The position numbers and the translations under genes are program-made. The notes beneath the pieces are model-generated. The model made no database searches. It was given only the letters and a program-made list of their open reading frames with translations, and was not told the origin of the DNA. DNA of 64,000 nt from Patescibacteria group bacterium (GTDB lineage Bacteria; Patescibacteriota; Minisyncoccia; Phycocordibacterales; PALSA-1337), in contig JANLHG010000005.1 of NCBI GenBank assembly GCA_024654575.1, positions 1,260 to 65,259 on the forward strand, in the 5' to 3' direction. The stretch's first letter is position 1. Each line of letters starts with the position of its first letter. Below are positions 9,139 to 18,476 of this stretch, piece after piece.

Positions 9139-10524
9139 ATGAACACCAAAACCATTCAACCTAGGAGTTTAAGAATTCCTCCACAAAATATTGATGCTGA
9201 AAAAGCAGCTCTTGGTTCTATTATGTTAAGACCTGAAGCAATGCACGATGTAGTTGATATTATTCGTGGAGAATCTTTTTATGCAGAAAAACACCGACTC
9301 ATCTGGCAAACAATGCTTGATTTACAAAGCAAGAGTTCTCCTATTGATTTACTTTCTCTTTCTTCACGACTTAAAGAAAAGGGTTTATTAGACGCAATTG
9401 GCGGAATGTCGTATCTCACAGAAATTGCAGGTTTTGTCCCCTCTTCTACAAACGCAAACCATTATGCCGAAATTGTTCAAAAAAAATATATGATGCGGAG
9501 TCTAATTAATGCTTCGGAATATATTGGAGAGTTAGGTTTTGATGAAGCAGGAGAACTTGAAGAACTTTTGGAAAAAGCGGAAAAAAGAATTTTCGAAGTG
9601 ACAAATTATTCCGGTATTCATAAGTTTATTGAACTTAAAGATACTCTAGTTGAAGCATGGGATAGACTTGACACTCTTCACAAATCTAAAGATGAAATGA
9701 GAGGTGTTTCAACTGGTTTCAAAGAATTAGACCTAAAACTTGCTGGTCTGCAAAAATCCGACCTCATTATTCTAGCTGCTCGACCTTCTATGGGAAAAAC
9801 ATCTCTAGCTCTTGATATTGCTCGAAAATCAGCCACAAATCATAATGTGCCAGTAGGAATATTTTCTCTTGAAATGAGCTCCCAACAATTAGTAGATAGA
9901 ATGCTTGCCGCAGAATCACAGGTTGATTCTTGGAAACTACGAACTGGACAGAATCTTTCAATTGAGACAGATTTCAAACATATTCGTGATGCAATGGATA
10001 AATTATCAAAAGCACCGATTTATATTGATGATCAACCCGGAAATAACATTTTAAAAATGCGTTCTGTCGCACGACGTCTTAAAAGTGAAAAAGGATTAGG
10101 TCTAATTATCGTTGATTATTTACAATTAATGGTCCCAACTCAAGCACGACATTCCGACAATCTTGTTCAGCAAGTGACAGAAATATCTCGCTCTCTTAAA
10201 AATCTAGCCAGAGAATTAGATATCCCCGTTTTAGCCCTTTCTCAACTTTCTCGAGCCGTTGAACAACGTGGAGGTAGACCTCGCCTATCGGACTTGCGAG
10301 ATTCTGGTTCTATTGAACAAGATGCGGATGTGGTAATGTTTATACATCGTGAAGATAAATATAATGAAAATTCTGAAAGACCAAATATTGCCGAAATTCT
10401 TATCGAAAAACACAGAAATGGTCCTACTGGAAAAGTAGAACTATATTTTGATGAAAAGAAAACGACTTTCCTTAGTGTAGAAAAAACAGATTTCAAAGAT
10501 TTTGATAAAGAAGGAGGATTTTAA
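9139..10524 (+). CDS. dnaB: replicative DNA helicase DnaB
   Basis: PPQNIDAE, AARPSMGKT, FSLEM, VDYLQL, LSQLSR, DLRDSGSIEQDAD, KHRNGPTG. Confidence 0.98.
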   Translation: MNTKTIQPRSLRIPPQNIDAEKAALGSIMLRPEAMHDVVDIIRGESFYAEKHRLIWQTMLDLQSKSSPIDLLSLSSRLKEKGLLDAIGGMSYLTEIAGFVPSSTNANHYAEIVQKKYMMRSLINASEYIGELGFDEAGELEELLEKAEKRIFEVTNYSGIHKFIELKDTLVEAWDRLDTLHKSKDEMRGVSTGFKELDLKLAGLQKSDLIILAARPSMGKTSLALDIARKSATNHNVPVGIFSLEMSSQQLVDRMLAAESQVDSWKLRTGQNLSIETDFKHIRDAMDKLSKAPIYIDDQPGNNILKMRSVARRLKSEKGLGLIIVDYLQLMVPTQARHSDNLVQQVTEISRSLKNLARELDIPVLALSQLSRAVEQRGGRPRLSDLRDSGSIEQDADVVMFIHREDKYNENSERPNIAEILIEKHRNGPTGKVELYFDEKKTTFLSVEKTDFKDFDKEGGF

Positions 10525-10530
10525 AAAAAT

Positions 10531-11145
10531 ATGGATTCTATCAATAAACTTATTGAATATTTCAGTGAATTCCCAGGTATCGGTCCCAGACAAGCCAAAA
10601 GATTTGCTTTCTTTTTACTTACAAAAAATAAAAGTTATTTGGAATCACTGACCAAAAATATAACTGAACTTAAACAATCAATTCGCATTTGTGAAGAATG
10701 TTTTAGATTTTATACCAAAGATAAAAATGATTTACCTATTTGTAATATCTGCAAAAGTGTCAATCGTGATAATTCCATCATGATGATTGTAAGTAGAGAT
10801 GTTGATATGGAAACTATCGAAAAAAGTCATTCTTTCAACGGAAAATATTTTGTGCTTGGCGGAACAGTACCTATTCTTGATAAAAACCCAGAAATGAGAG
10901 TACGTTCACGGGAATTAATAAAAAGAATAGGTATTTTAGATGGTTCATTAAAAGAAATAATTTTAGCTCTAAACGCTAACTCCGAAGGCGAAAATACAAC
11001 TGATTATTTAAAATCTATTCTCTCTTCCATCACCGAAAAACATTCAATCAAAATATCTATTCTCGGCCGAGGGCTTTCCACAGGCACAGAACTAGAGTAT
11101 TCCGATTCCGATACCATCAAAAATGCTTTAAAAAATAGAGCTTAA
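10531..11145 (+). CDS. recR: recombination protein RecR
   Basis: FPGIGPRQAKR helix-hairpin-helix, CxxC...CxxC zinc finger, toprim EGENT, GTELEYSD. Confidence 0.95.
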   Translation: MDSINKLIEYFSEFPGIGPRQAKRFAFFLLTKNKSYLESLTKNITELKQSIRICEECFRFYTKDKNDLPICNICKSVNRDNSIMMIVSRDVDMETIEKSHSFNGKYFVLGGTVPILDKNPEMRVRSRELIKRIGILDGSLKEIILALNANSEGENTTDYLKSILSSITEKHSIKISILGRGLSTGTELEYSDSDTIKNALKNRA

Positions 11146-11459
11146 CTAAACGACTCAATTTTAACTTTGAAAAAAGGTTGACGGTGGCCGTTTTTTTTGA
11201 AATAACGAGATTTTTGTTTGTATTTGATAACAGTTACTTTCGGTAATCTACCGATTTCAATAAGAGTAGCAGTTACTTTTGCATTTTCAATAAAAGGAGT
11301 ACCAATAGTAGTATCTTTACCATTATCAACAAGAAGTACCTTATCAAAAGTGATTTTATCACCTTCCTTTACATCACCGGGGATTTTCTCAATCTTGAGA
11401 GTATTTCCTACAGCGACCTTGTATTGCTTACCTCCTGTTTCTATTATCGCAAATTCCAT
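11142..11459 (-). CDS. rplU: 50S ribosomal protein L21
   Basis: AIIETGGKQYKV...KNGHRQPF. Confidence 0.97.
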   Translation of the reverse strand: MEFAIIETGGKQYKVAVGNTLKIEKIPGDVKEGDKITFDKVLLVDNGKDTTIGTPFIENAKVTATLIEIGRLPKVTVIKYKQKSRYFKKNGHRQPFFKVKIESFS

Positions 11460-11511
11460 ATGCTTTCATTCTATACAAAGTGCTACAAAAAGCAAGTTTT
11501 TTAATAACTAT

Positions 11512-11545
11512 AAAAAAAAGCGGGTCGTTGCACAACGACCCGCTT
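11512..11545 (-). terminator. intrinsic terminator
   Basis: Minus strand AAGCGGGTCGTTG-TG-CAACGACCCGCTT followed by a T-run. Confidence 0.85.
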
Positions 11546-11655
11546 CGCGAACTCTTACTCACAACTCATCAACTATCTATTGAACTAAGGGCTAAACAGA
11601 GTTGCAACACCACCGGGGTGTCTAAAGTAAGAACCAGCTAAACCCACAGGACTAC
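11512..11655 (-). ncRNA. candidate small non-coding RNA
   Basis: GC-richer intergenic stretch with its own promoter (minus strand TTGCAA-17-TATCAT, 11689-11661), internal pairings, and a 13-bp terminator hairpin plus T-run. Confidence 0.45.
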
Positions 11656-11675
11656 TGTTGATGATATCATATCCA

Positions 11676-12689
11676 CTATCTTTTTGCAAGGATACTTTTT
11701 TTATAAGTATCAAGATGTTCAAGAGCAATACCTGTACCTTTTGCTACACAAAATAAAGCGTCCTCTGCCAAAACCGCCTTAACGCCAGTTCTACGATAAA
11801 CAAGTTCTGGAAAATTACGAAGCATAGATGAACCACCTGTCATCGTAATACCAATATCTATTATGTCCGAAGCAAGTTCTGGCGGAGTTTCTTGCAAAAC
11901 ATCTTTAATAGCTTTCAACATTTCTCGTAATTCTTTACTTATAGCTTTTACTATTTCGTTTGTTTTTATCTCTGCTCCACGAGGCAATCCAGAAATAAAA
12001 TCCCTACCCTTCACTATCATTGAAAGTTCATCTTCAATAGGTACAGCCGAGCCAATTTTAATTTTTATATCTTCCGCCATTTTATCCCCTATAGCTAAAT
12101 TAAAGGTCTTTTTAATATAATCAGCGATAGCGTAATCAATCCTATTTCCAGCACATTTCACTGAGGTTGAAGAAACAATTCCTCCAAGTGATATCACTGC
12201 TACATCTGTCGTACCTCCACCTATATCAACAATCATATGTCCAACCGCCTCTTGAATTGGAATTCCAGCACCAATAGCTGCTAAAATCGGTTCTTTAACT
12301 ACATAGGCATTTTTAGCACCGGCTTTTATGGCTGCTTCAATAACTGCTCGTCTTTCAGTAGAAGTTACTCCAGCAGGTACCGAAACCATCACTTCAGGTT
12401 TCCAAATATTCCATTTACCCATAGCTTTATCAATAAAATACCTTAACATTGCCTCAGTAACTCGATAATCAGCAATCACTCCGTCCTTCATTGGACGATA
12501 AGCAATAATACTTTCAGGTGTCTTACCTATCATATTTTTTGCTTCAATACCAACAGCAATAATTCTATTATCTTGTTCCGAAACAGCCACGACTGACGGT
12601 TCATTCAACACAATTCCCTTCCCAGGCAAAAAAACCAAAGTATTAGCAGTACCCAAATCAATTCCTAATTTTTTAGAAAATAGAGACAT
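11676..12689 (-). CDS. mreB: rod shape-determining protein MreB/Mbl (stand-alone paralogue)
   Basis: GIDLGTANT, EPSVVA, DGVIAD, DIGGGTTD, TPPEL. Confidence 0.93.
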   Translation of the reverse strand: MSLFSKKLGIDLGTANTLVFLPGKGIVLNEPSVVAVSEQDNRIIAVGIEAKNMIGKTPESIIAYRPMKDGVIADYRVTEAMLRYFIDKAMGKWNIWKPEVMVSVPAGVTSTERRAVIEAAIKAGAKNAYVVKEPILAAIGAGIPIQEAVGHMIVDIGGGTTDVAVISLGGIVSSTSVKCAGNRIDYAIADYIKKTFNLAIGDKMAEDIKIKIGSAVPIEDELSMIVKGRDFISGLPRGAEIKTNEIVKAISKELREMLKAIKDVLQETPPELASDIIDIGITMTGGSSMLRNFPELVYRRTGVKAVLAEDALFCVAKGTGIALEHLDTYKKSILAKR

Positions 12690-12726
12690 ATTCCTTATAT
12701 AATACGGTATATGCTATAGTATGCAA

Positions 12727-14046
12727 ATGAAAATTGATAATGACACAAGTGCATTAAATCTCAAAATTGAAGGTGGTCATAAACTTTCAGGTGAAGTAAC
12801 CACCAAAAGCTCAAAAAATGCTGGCGTTGGGCTTCTTTGTGCTTCTATTCTGAATAAAAATAAAACCGTTTTAAAAAATATGCCTCGTATTGAGGAAGTC
12901 AATAGAATTATGGAAGTACTTAATAGTATTGGAGCACAAGCAAGATGGATTGGTAATGATGTAGAAATAAATCCTAAAAATATAAATCTCAAAAATCTAA
13001 ATATTGAGGCCGCTATAAAAACTAGAAGTATCATCATGCTCATCGGTCCTCTTATCCATCTTTTTAAAAAATTTGAATTACCACAGGCTGGTGGATGTAA
13101 ACTTGGTTCACGAACCGTCAAACCACATTTTTTTGCTTTAGAAAAATTGGGGGTAAATATTGTAACCAAACAAAAAACATACCAAATCACTTCAAAAAAA
13201 TTACAAGCAAATGATGTTGTGATGTATGAATCAGGTGATACGGTTACGGAAAATACAATCATGACAGCTTCGCGAATTCCCGGAAAAACAACTATAAAAT
13301 TCGCTTCAGCAAATTATATGGTGCAAGATTTATGTTTTTTTCTTCGTTCACTTGGAGTAAAAATTGATGGTATAGGCACGACGACATTAACCATTGAAGG
13401 TAAACCAGAAATTGATACTCCAATTTCCTATTCCATAAGTGAAGACCCTATAGAATCAATGTTTTTTATAGCCACAGCAATTGTCACAAAATCATCAATC
13501 ATAATTAGAAGATGTCCGATTGATTTTTTAGAAATTGAATTATTAAAACTTGAAAAAATGGGTTTCAAATATAAAATTCTGAAAAAATACAAAGCAAATA
13601 ATGAAGAAACAAATCTTGTTGATATCAAAACTTTTTCATCAAAACTAACAGCTCTTGAAGAAAAAATAGAATCACGACCTTATCCGGGATTGAATATTGA
13701 TAACCTTCCATTTTTTGCAATAATCGGAACTCAAGCCAAAGGTCAGACATTTATCCACGACTGGGTTTACGAAAAACGAGCTATTTATTATAAAGAATTA
13801 GACAAGCTTGGCGCAGATACCATTCTTGCTGACCCGCATCGTTTTTATGTTACAGGACCAACAAAACTAAAAGCGACCGAAGCTATCTGTCCACCAGCTC
13901 TGCGTCCAGCCGTGCTTCTTTTAATCGGAATGTTAGGGGCTGAAGGCATTTCTATTTTAAGAAATGTTTACAACATCAATCGCGGTTATGAAGACCTTGC
14001 TAACCGCCTAAACGCCATCGGCGCGAAGATTGAGATAATATCATGA
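12727..14046 (+). CDS. murA: UDP-N-acetylglucosamine 1-carboxyvinyltransferase
   Basis: SKNA, GGCKLGSR active-site Cys loop, RPYPG, INRGYEDL. Confidence 0.92.
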   Translation: MKIDNDTSALNLKIEGGHKLSGEVTTKSSKNAGVGLLCASILNKNKTVLKNMPRIEEVNRIMEVLNSIGAQARWIGNDVEINPKNINLKNLNIEAAIKTRSIIMLIGPLIHLFKKFELPQAGGCKLGSRTVKPHFFALEKLGVNIVTKQKTYQITSKKLQANDVVMYESGDTVTENTIMTASRIPGKTTIKFASANYMVQDLCFFLRSLGVKIDGIGTTTLTIEGKPEIDTPISYSISEDPIESMFFIATAIVTKSSIIIRRCPIDFLEIELLKLEKMGFKYKILKKYKANNEETNLVDIKTFSSKLTALEEKIESRPYPGLNIDNLPFFAIIGTQAKGQTFIHDWVYEKRAIYYKELDKLGADTILADPHRFYVTGPTKLKATEAICPPALRPAVLLLIGMLGAEGISILRNVYNINRGYEDLANRLNAIGAKIEIIS

Positions 14047-15941
14047 ACATAATTAAAGTCATTCCTATTTCTCGCGGAATCGGAAAAGAAACACTTTCAT
14101 ATTTTACCGGTGCAGAGATAAAAATAGGAGATATTGTTGAAGCACCATTGCGAAATAAAAAAATTAGTGCTCTTGTTGTTGATATAAAAGATGTGGCAAA
14201 TGTAAAATCTGAAATTAAAAATGCTGATTTTGTAACTAGAAAAGCTAATGTAGTAAAAATCAGAAATCTTTTATCTCCAGAGTTTATAGAAGCATCATAT
14301 GATACTGCAAAATATTTTGCATCAAACTCTGGAAGTATTTTGAATTCATTAATTTCCAAAATCATACTTGAAAATGAAGAAAAAGAAAGTCGGTTACCCA
14401 TTCCAACAACAACCTCTAAAAATCTTTCAGAAAAATATGCTATGCAAGGAGATGACGATGAGCGGTTTGCGAGTTACAGAAGTCATATACGTCAACAATT
14501 TGCTAAGAAAAAATCAGTATTTTTTTGTGTTCCCACAATTGAAGATGCTAAAAAATCCCTAAAAAAATTAGAAAAAGGAATTGAAGATTATACTTTTGTT
14601 CTACATAGTAAATTAAAGAAAAAAGAAATAATTTCTCTGTGGAAAAAAATAATTGAAGAAAAACACCCCACACTCATAATCAGCACACCTAGTTTTATAG
14701 CAATACCGAGAAATGATATTGGTACTATCATCGTGGAAAAGGAAAACGCTAAAAACTATAAAACATTGATACGCCCCTATTTTGACATTAGATATTTTAT
14801 GGAAAAATATGCCGAAAAAATAGGAGCGCAAATTATATTTGGGGATATTCTTTTGAGAATTGAAACATTGTGGAGAGAAGAAGAAGGTGAGATTTTAAAA
14901 GCCACACCATTCAAATTTCGTTCTCTTTTTAATTCAGAAGAAACTTTAGTAGACATGCGAAAATACAAAACCAAAAAAGGTATTTTCAAAATAGCTGGTG
15001 AAGAAATAGAAGAACTCATAAAAAATAATAAAGCCAACAGTCATCGCTTATTTATTTTTGCTGTAAGACGAGGAATAGCACCGAGTGCTTTATGCGCTGA
15101 TTGTCAAAATATTGTGATGTGTGACAATTGTGACTCCCCCGTCATTCTTCATAGTTCAAAAACTAATAATGATGCAGAAAACTATTTTTCATGTCATCAT
15201 TGTGGAAAAAAACGGAGTGCAGATGAGGTATGTAAAGTTTGTGGAAGCTGGAAATTAGCGACAATTGGTATTGGGATTGAACTTGTGGAAGAAAAAATCA
15301 AGCAACGATTTCCAGATATAAAAATATTTCGTATTGATTCTGATTCTATAAAAACAGAAAAACAACTAACCAAAACAATTCAATCGTTTTATAATTCCCC
15401 CGGTAGTATTCTTGTTGGCACAGAAATGGCTTTGTCCTATTTAAATGAAAAAATTGAAAACTCCGCTATTATATCTATTGATTCTCTTTTTTCTATTCCC
15501 GATTTCAAAATACATGAAAAAATTCTATACACTTTATTAAAAATAAGAAACATCACTTCTCAAACATTCATCATTCAAACTAGAAATCCTGACGAAAAAG
15601 TTTTGGAATATGCTTTGAAAGGAAATTTAATAGATTTTTATAGAAAAGAAATAATTGATAGAAAATCCTTTGATTACCCACCATTTTCAATTCTTATTAA
15701 AATAACAATTGAGGGCGAAAAAAATAAAATAATAAAAGAAATGGAAAATGTTAAAAATATTCTTTTACCTTTTACTATTGATATATTTCAGGCCTTCACT
15801 AAAACAGTCAAAAATAAATCTGTCCTCCATTCTCTTATTAAAATTCCTAGAAACAAATGGCCTGACTCAGAACTTCTAGAAAAGCTCTATTCCCTACCTC
15901 AATACGTAGCGATTAAGGTAGACCCAGATAATTTGCTATAA
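14043..15941 (+). CDS. priA: primosomal protein N' (PriA), helicase motifs degenerate
   Basis: N-terminal 3'-binding-domain pattern, RRG followed by four CxxC pairs, GIGIE, YPPF, C-terminal VDP. Confidence 0.88.
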   Translation: MNIIKVIPISRGIGKETLSYFTGAEIKIGDIVEAPLRNKKISALVVDIKDVANVKSEIKNADFVTRKANVVKIRNLLSPEFIEASYDTAKYFASNSGSILNSLISKIILENEEKESRLPIPTTTSKNLSEKYAMQGDDDERFASYRSHIRQQFAKKKSVFFCVPTIEDAKKSLKKLEKGIEDYTFVLHSKLKKKEIISLWKKIIEEKHPTLIISTPSFIAIPRNDIGTIIVEKENAKNYKTLIRPYFDIRYFMEKYAEKIGAQIIFGDILLRIETLWREEEGEILKATPFKFRSLFNSEETLVDMRKYKTKKGIFKIAGEEIEELIKNNKANSHRLFIFAVRRGIAPSALCADCQNIVMCDNCDSPVILHSSKTNNDAENYFSCHHCGKKRSADEVCKVCGSWKLATIGIGIELVEEKIKQRFPDIKIFRIDSDSIKTEKQLTKTIQSFYNSPGSILVGTEMALSYLNEKIENSAIISIDSLFSIPDFKIHEKILYTLLKIRNITSQTFIIQTRNPDEKVLEYALKGNLIDFYRKEIIDRKSFDYPPFSILIKITIEGEKNKIIKEMENVKNILLPFTIDIFQAFTKTVKNKSVLHSLIKIPRNKWPDSELLEKLYSLPQYVAIKVDPDNLL

Positions 15942-15950
15942 TATATCCAT

Positions 15951-16463
15951 ATGGTAGAAATTGTTCAACAAAATAACCCTATTTTAAGAAAAATTGCCAA
16001 GGCAGTGCCTATTAATGATATTTCATCTATAAAAATTCAAAATATTATAAAAAATATGAAAGAAGCTTTAGCTTCTCAAAAAGATGGGGTAGCTATAGCA
16101 GCACCTCAAATCGGCGTGTCTTTGAGAATTTTTGTAGTATCTGGTTTGATACTAAAACAGGCTGATGAAAAATATAAAGACATCGAAAAAGATTTAATTT
16201 TTATAAACCCTGAAATTTCAAAACTTTCTCGTAAAAAAGAAACCGTTGAAGAAGGTTGTCTATCTGTACGATGGCTTTATGGAAAAATATCACGATCCAT
16301 AAAAGCGACAATCAAAGCCTACGATGAAAATGGAAATTTGTTTGAAAGAGGTGCTTCTGGAATTTTAGCACAAATATTTCAACACGAAACAGACCATTTA
16401 AACGGGATACTCTTTACAGATAACGCTAAAGATATAGAAGAAATTAATCCAAAAGAAAAATAA
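15951..16463 (+). CDS. def: peptide deformylase
   Basis: GVAIAAPQIG, EGCLS, QHETDHLNG. Confidence 0.97.
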   Translation: MVEIVQQNNPILRKIAKAVPINDISSIKIQNIIKNMKEALASQKDGVAIAAPQIGVSLRIFVVSGLILKQADEKYKDIEKDLIFINPEISKLSRKKETVEEGCLSVRWLYGKISRSIKATIKAYDENGNLFERGASGILAQIFQHETDHLNGILFTDNAKDIEEINPKEK

Positions 16464-17305
16464 TGAAAAAACCAATTAATTTTGCCTTTTTTGGAACACC
16501 AGATAGAGCAGTGTGGGCACTTGATACGCTTCATGCTTTAGGCTTCACGCCTCGTGTTATTATCACTCAACCAGATAAACCTCAAGGAAGAAAACTAATA
16601 ATAACTCCACCACCAGCCAAAGTTTGGGCGTTTGAACATAATATTCCTATATTACAACCAGAAAAATTGGATTCTGAATTTGCTAATAAATTAATTTCCG
16701 CCTCTTGTGACCTGTTTATAGTAGTTGCTTACGGTAAAATTATTCCTCAAAATATTTTAGATATACCAAAATACGGCGCATTAAATATTCACGGTTCATT
16801 ATTACCAAAATATCGAGGAGCTTCACCTGTAGAAATGGCAATTCTTAACGACGACAAGGAAACAGGCGTTAGTATAATTCTCATGGACGAAAAAATGGAC
16901 CATGGACCGATTGTAACAAAAGATAAAGTAACCATTGAAAATTGGCCACCAACTTCAGATGAATTAGCTAAAAAAATTATCCAAAAAGGTGCTGAACTAC
17001 TAATTAATATACTCCCAAAATGGATTTCTGGAGAAATCAAACTAGTAGAACAAGATCATTCAAAAGCCACATTTACTAAAAAAATAAAAAAGGAAGATGG
17101 ATTAATAAACTTTAATGATGAGTCCTATAAAAATTACCTCAAAATTCAAGCATACAAAAATTGGCCTGGAACTTATTTTTTTATCAACGAAAAAAGAATT
17201 ATCATAAAATCTGCCGACTACAAAGAAAACACACTAAAAATCAGACGAATCATTCCTGAAGGAAAAAAAGAAATGGATTATGAAGAATTTATTAAAAATC
17301 AATAA
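16463..17305 (+). CDS. fmt: methionyl-tRNA formyltransferase
   Basis: FFGTP, TQPDKPQGR, VVAYG, NIHGSLLPKYRGASP, MDHGP. Confidence 0.97.
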   Translation: MKKPINFAFFGTPDRAVWALDTLHALGFTPRVIITQPDKPQGRKLIITPPPAKVWAFEHNIPILQPEKLDSEFANKLISASCDLFIVVAYGKIIPQNILDIPKYGALNIHGSLLPKYRGASPVEMAILNDDKETGVSIILMDEKMDHGPIVTKDKVTIENWPPTSDELAKKIIQKGAELLINILPKWISGEIKLVEQDHSKATFTKKIKKEDGLINFNDESYKNYLKIQAYKNWPGTYFFINEKRIIIKSADYKENTLKIRRIIPEGKKEMDYEEFIKNQ

Positions 17306-17457
17306 TCTTCTACGCTCATTCCTTGATAATTTACCCACGCTGTACCAATGACATCTGCTCTGTACGCCACATACCAGATTCCAGTAGAGATAAGAACTAA
17401 ACCTAACAACATAAAAATTGAAATATTCGGACTAAATCTTTTTTGAATAATATCCAT
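17299..17457 (-). CDS. small membrane protein (52 aa), below the ORF-track cutoff
   Basis: MDIIQKRFSPNISIFMLLGLVLISTGIWYVAYRADVIGTAWVNYQGMSVEDY*, starting 5 nt after the hpf stop. Confidence 0.6.
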   Translation of the reverse strand: MDIIQKRFSPNISIFMLLGLVLISTGIWYVAYRADVIGTAWVNYQGMSVEDY

Positions 17458-17462
17458 ATTTA

Positions 17463-17822
17463 TTAAATATTTTTAATACTTTTTTTAATTTTAGCACCGA
17501 TTTTTCTAGAAGTTTTAATCGTTTTCTTTTTCACAGATACAATTTCCCTTTCTATCTCTTTTTTAACAATATCAATTGCAGTGTAGAGATCCTCATTTTC
17601 TGACGAAGCATAAAAACTTTTCGGTTTAACGTAGATATTAACTTCCGCTCTAAAAATATCTCCATGTTTATGATGACGAGTAGTTCTACCTACTTCAACA
17701 GCACAAACCATATCATCACTTTCTTTTTTTATAAATTTTTCAAGTGCACCAAAATGCTTACGAACATATTCTTCAATTGCTGTTGTGAGGGTAATATTTT
17801 TTGTTTTGATAGTGATGTTCAT
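17463..17822 (-). CDS. hpf: ribosome hibernation promoting factor (RaiA/HPF)
   Basis: MNITIKTKNITLTTAIEEYV...FRAEVNI...EDLYTAID. Confidence 0.9.
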   Translation of the reverse strand: MNITIKTKNITLTTAIEEYVRKHFGALEKFIKKESDDMVCAVEVGRTTRHHKHGDIFRAEVNIYVKPKSFYASSENEDLYTAIDIVKKEIEREIVSVKKKTIKTSRKIGAKIKKSIKNI

Positions 17823-17841
17823 ATTTACATTATAGCACATC

Positions 17842-18057
17842 TCAATCCCCTACACTTATAATTTTACTTGGACTATGATGTCCGCTTACTATTCTTATTT
17901 TACCGGTTTTAAAATACTTCTTCATTACCTCAACAACTCGCCTGTTCGCCATATTTCTTTCCGCTTTTTCTCTAATCCATATTTCAAAATGGTCTTCAGA
18001 AATCTTATTAATTTTCTCTTTTTTAGCGTTAGTAACCACTCGAAGTTTTATATACAT
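17842..18057 (-). CDS. DUF167 (YggU-like) protein
   Basis: V-x-x-NAKKE, ERNMANRRV and IVSGHHSPSK patterns. Confidence 0.85.
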   Translation of the reverse strand: MYIKLRVVTNAKKEKINKISEDHFEIWIREKAERNMANRRVVEVMKKYFKTGKIRIVSGHHSPSKIISVGD

Positions 18058-18104
18058 AAATGAATTATTTCACTTTTTTACCAAAAATGCTATGATACAA
18101 ATAT

Positions 18105-18127
18105 TCCGGCGTGGCGCAGCGGTAGAG
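18105..18127 (+). pseudogene. 5' fragment of a second tRNA-Asn (acceptor 5' strand plus D arm)
   Basis: TCCGGCG-TG-GCGC-AGCGGTA-GAG, directly downstream of an extended -10 (TGCTATGAT). TCCGGCG pairs perfectly with CGCCGGA at 18386-18392. Confidence 0.7.
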
Positions 18128-18258
18128 TGAAGAAGCGAATACTTGGAGCTTCTGCAAGGCCGGAGCGTGACGGCGCGAGGCAGGGTCGAAATATTTTTTA
18201 TCAAAAAAATACTTTTGACGGCACCTGTTTTTATAATTTTAAAAATCGTATTGTGTGC

Positions 18259-18330
18259 TCCGGTGTAGCTCAGCGGTAGAGCAGTCGCCTGTTAAGCGAT
18301 TGGTCGCAGGTTCGATCCCTGCCGCCGGAG
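18259..18330 (+). tRNA. tRNA-Asn (GTT), intact
   Basis: Full cloverleaf: TCCGGTG/CGCCGGA, GCTC/GAGC, GTCGC-CTGTTAA-GCGAT, GCAGG-TTCGATC-CCTGC. No encoded CCA. Confidence 0.97.
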
Positions 18331-18355
18331 CAGACAATAGGATTTAAATCATGTG

Positions 18356-18393
18356 TAAGCGATTGGTCGTTGGTTCGAATCCAACCGCCGGAG
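18356..18393 (+). pseudogene. 3' half of a second tRNA-Asn (from position 36), probable integration target (attB-like)
   Basis: TAA-GCGAT-TGGTC-GTTGG-TTCGAAT-CCAAC-CGCCGGA-G. The T-stem differs from the intact copy by compensatory changes. Confidence 0.85.
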
Positions 18394-18476
18394 CAGTTGA
18401 CAAGTATATTTAACTATGATTAGATAACATAATAGTAGTTTTTTGACATATTTTTTGGTAGTTAGCTATTTTTCTT

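Noticed and set aside
1385-11459. Separation of rplU and rpmA
   Set aside because: Operon break-up is common in reduced genomes; L27 has no N-terminal extension, so absence of prp is expected.
18229-18355. Functional group I intron in the outer tRNA-Asn
   Set aside because: Only about 55 nt remain besides the inner tRNA and no P7 core is visible; the outer 5' exon is also interrupted. Kept only as a relic hypothesis.
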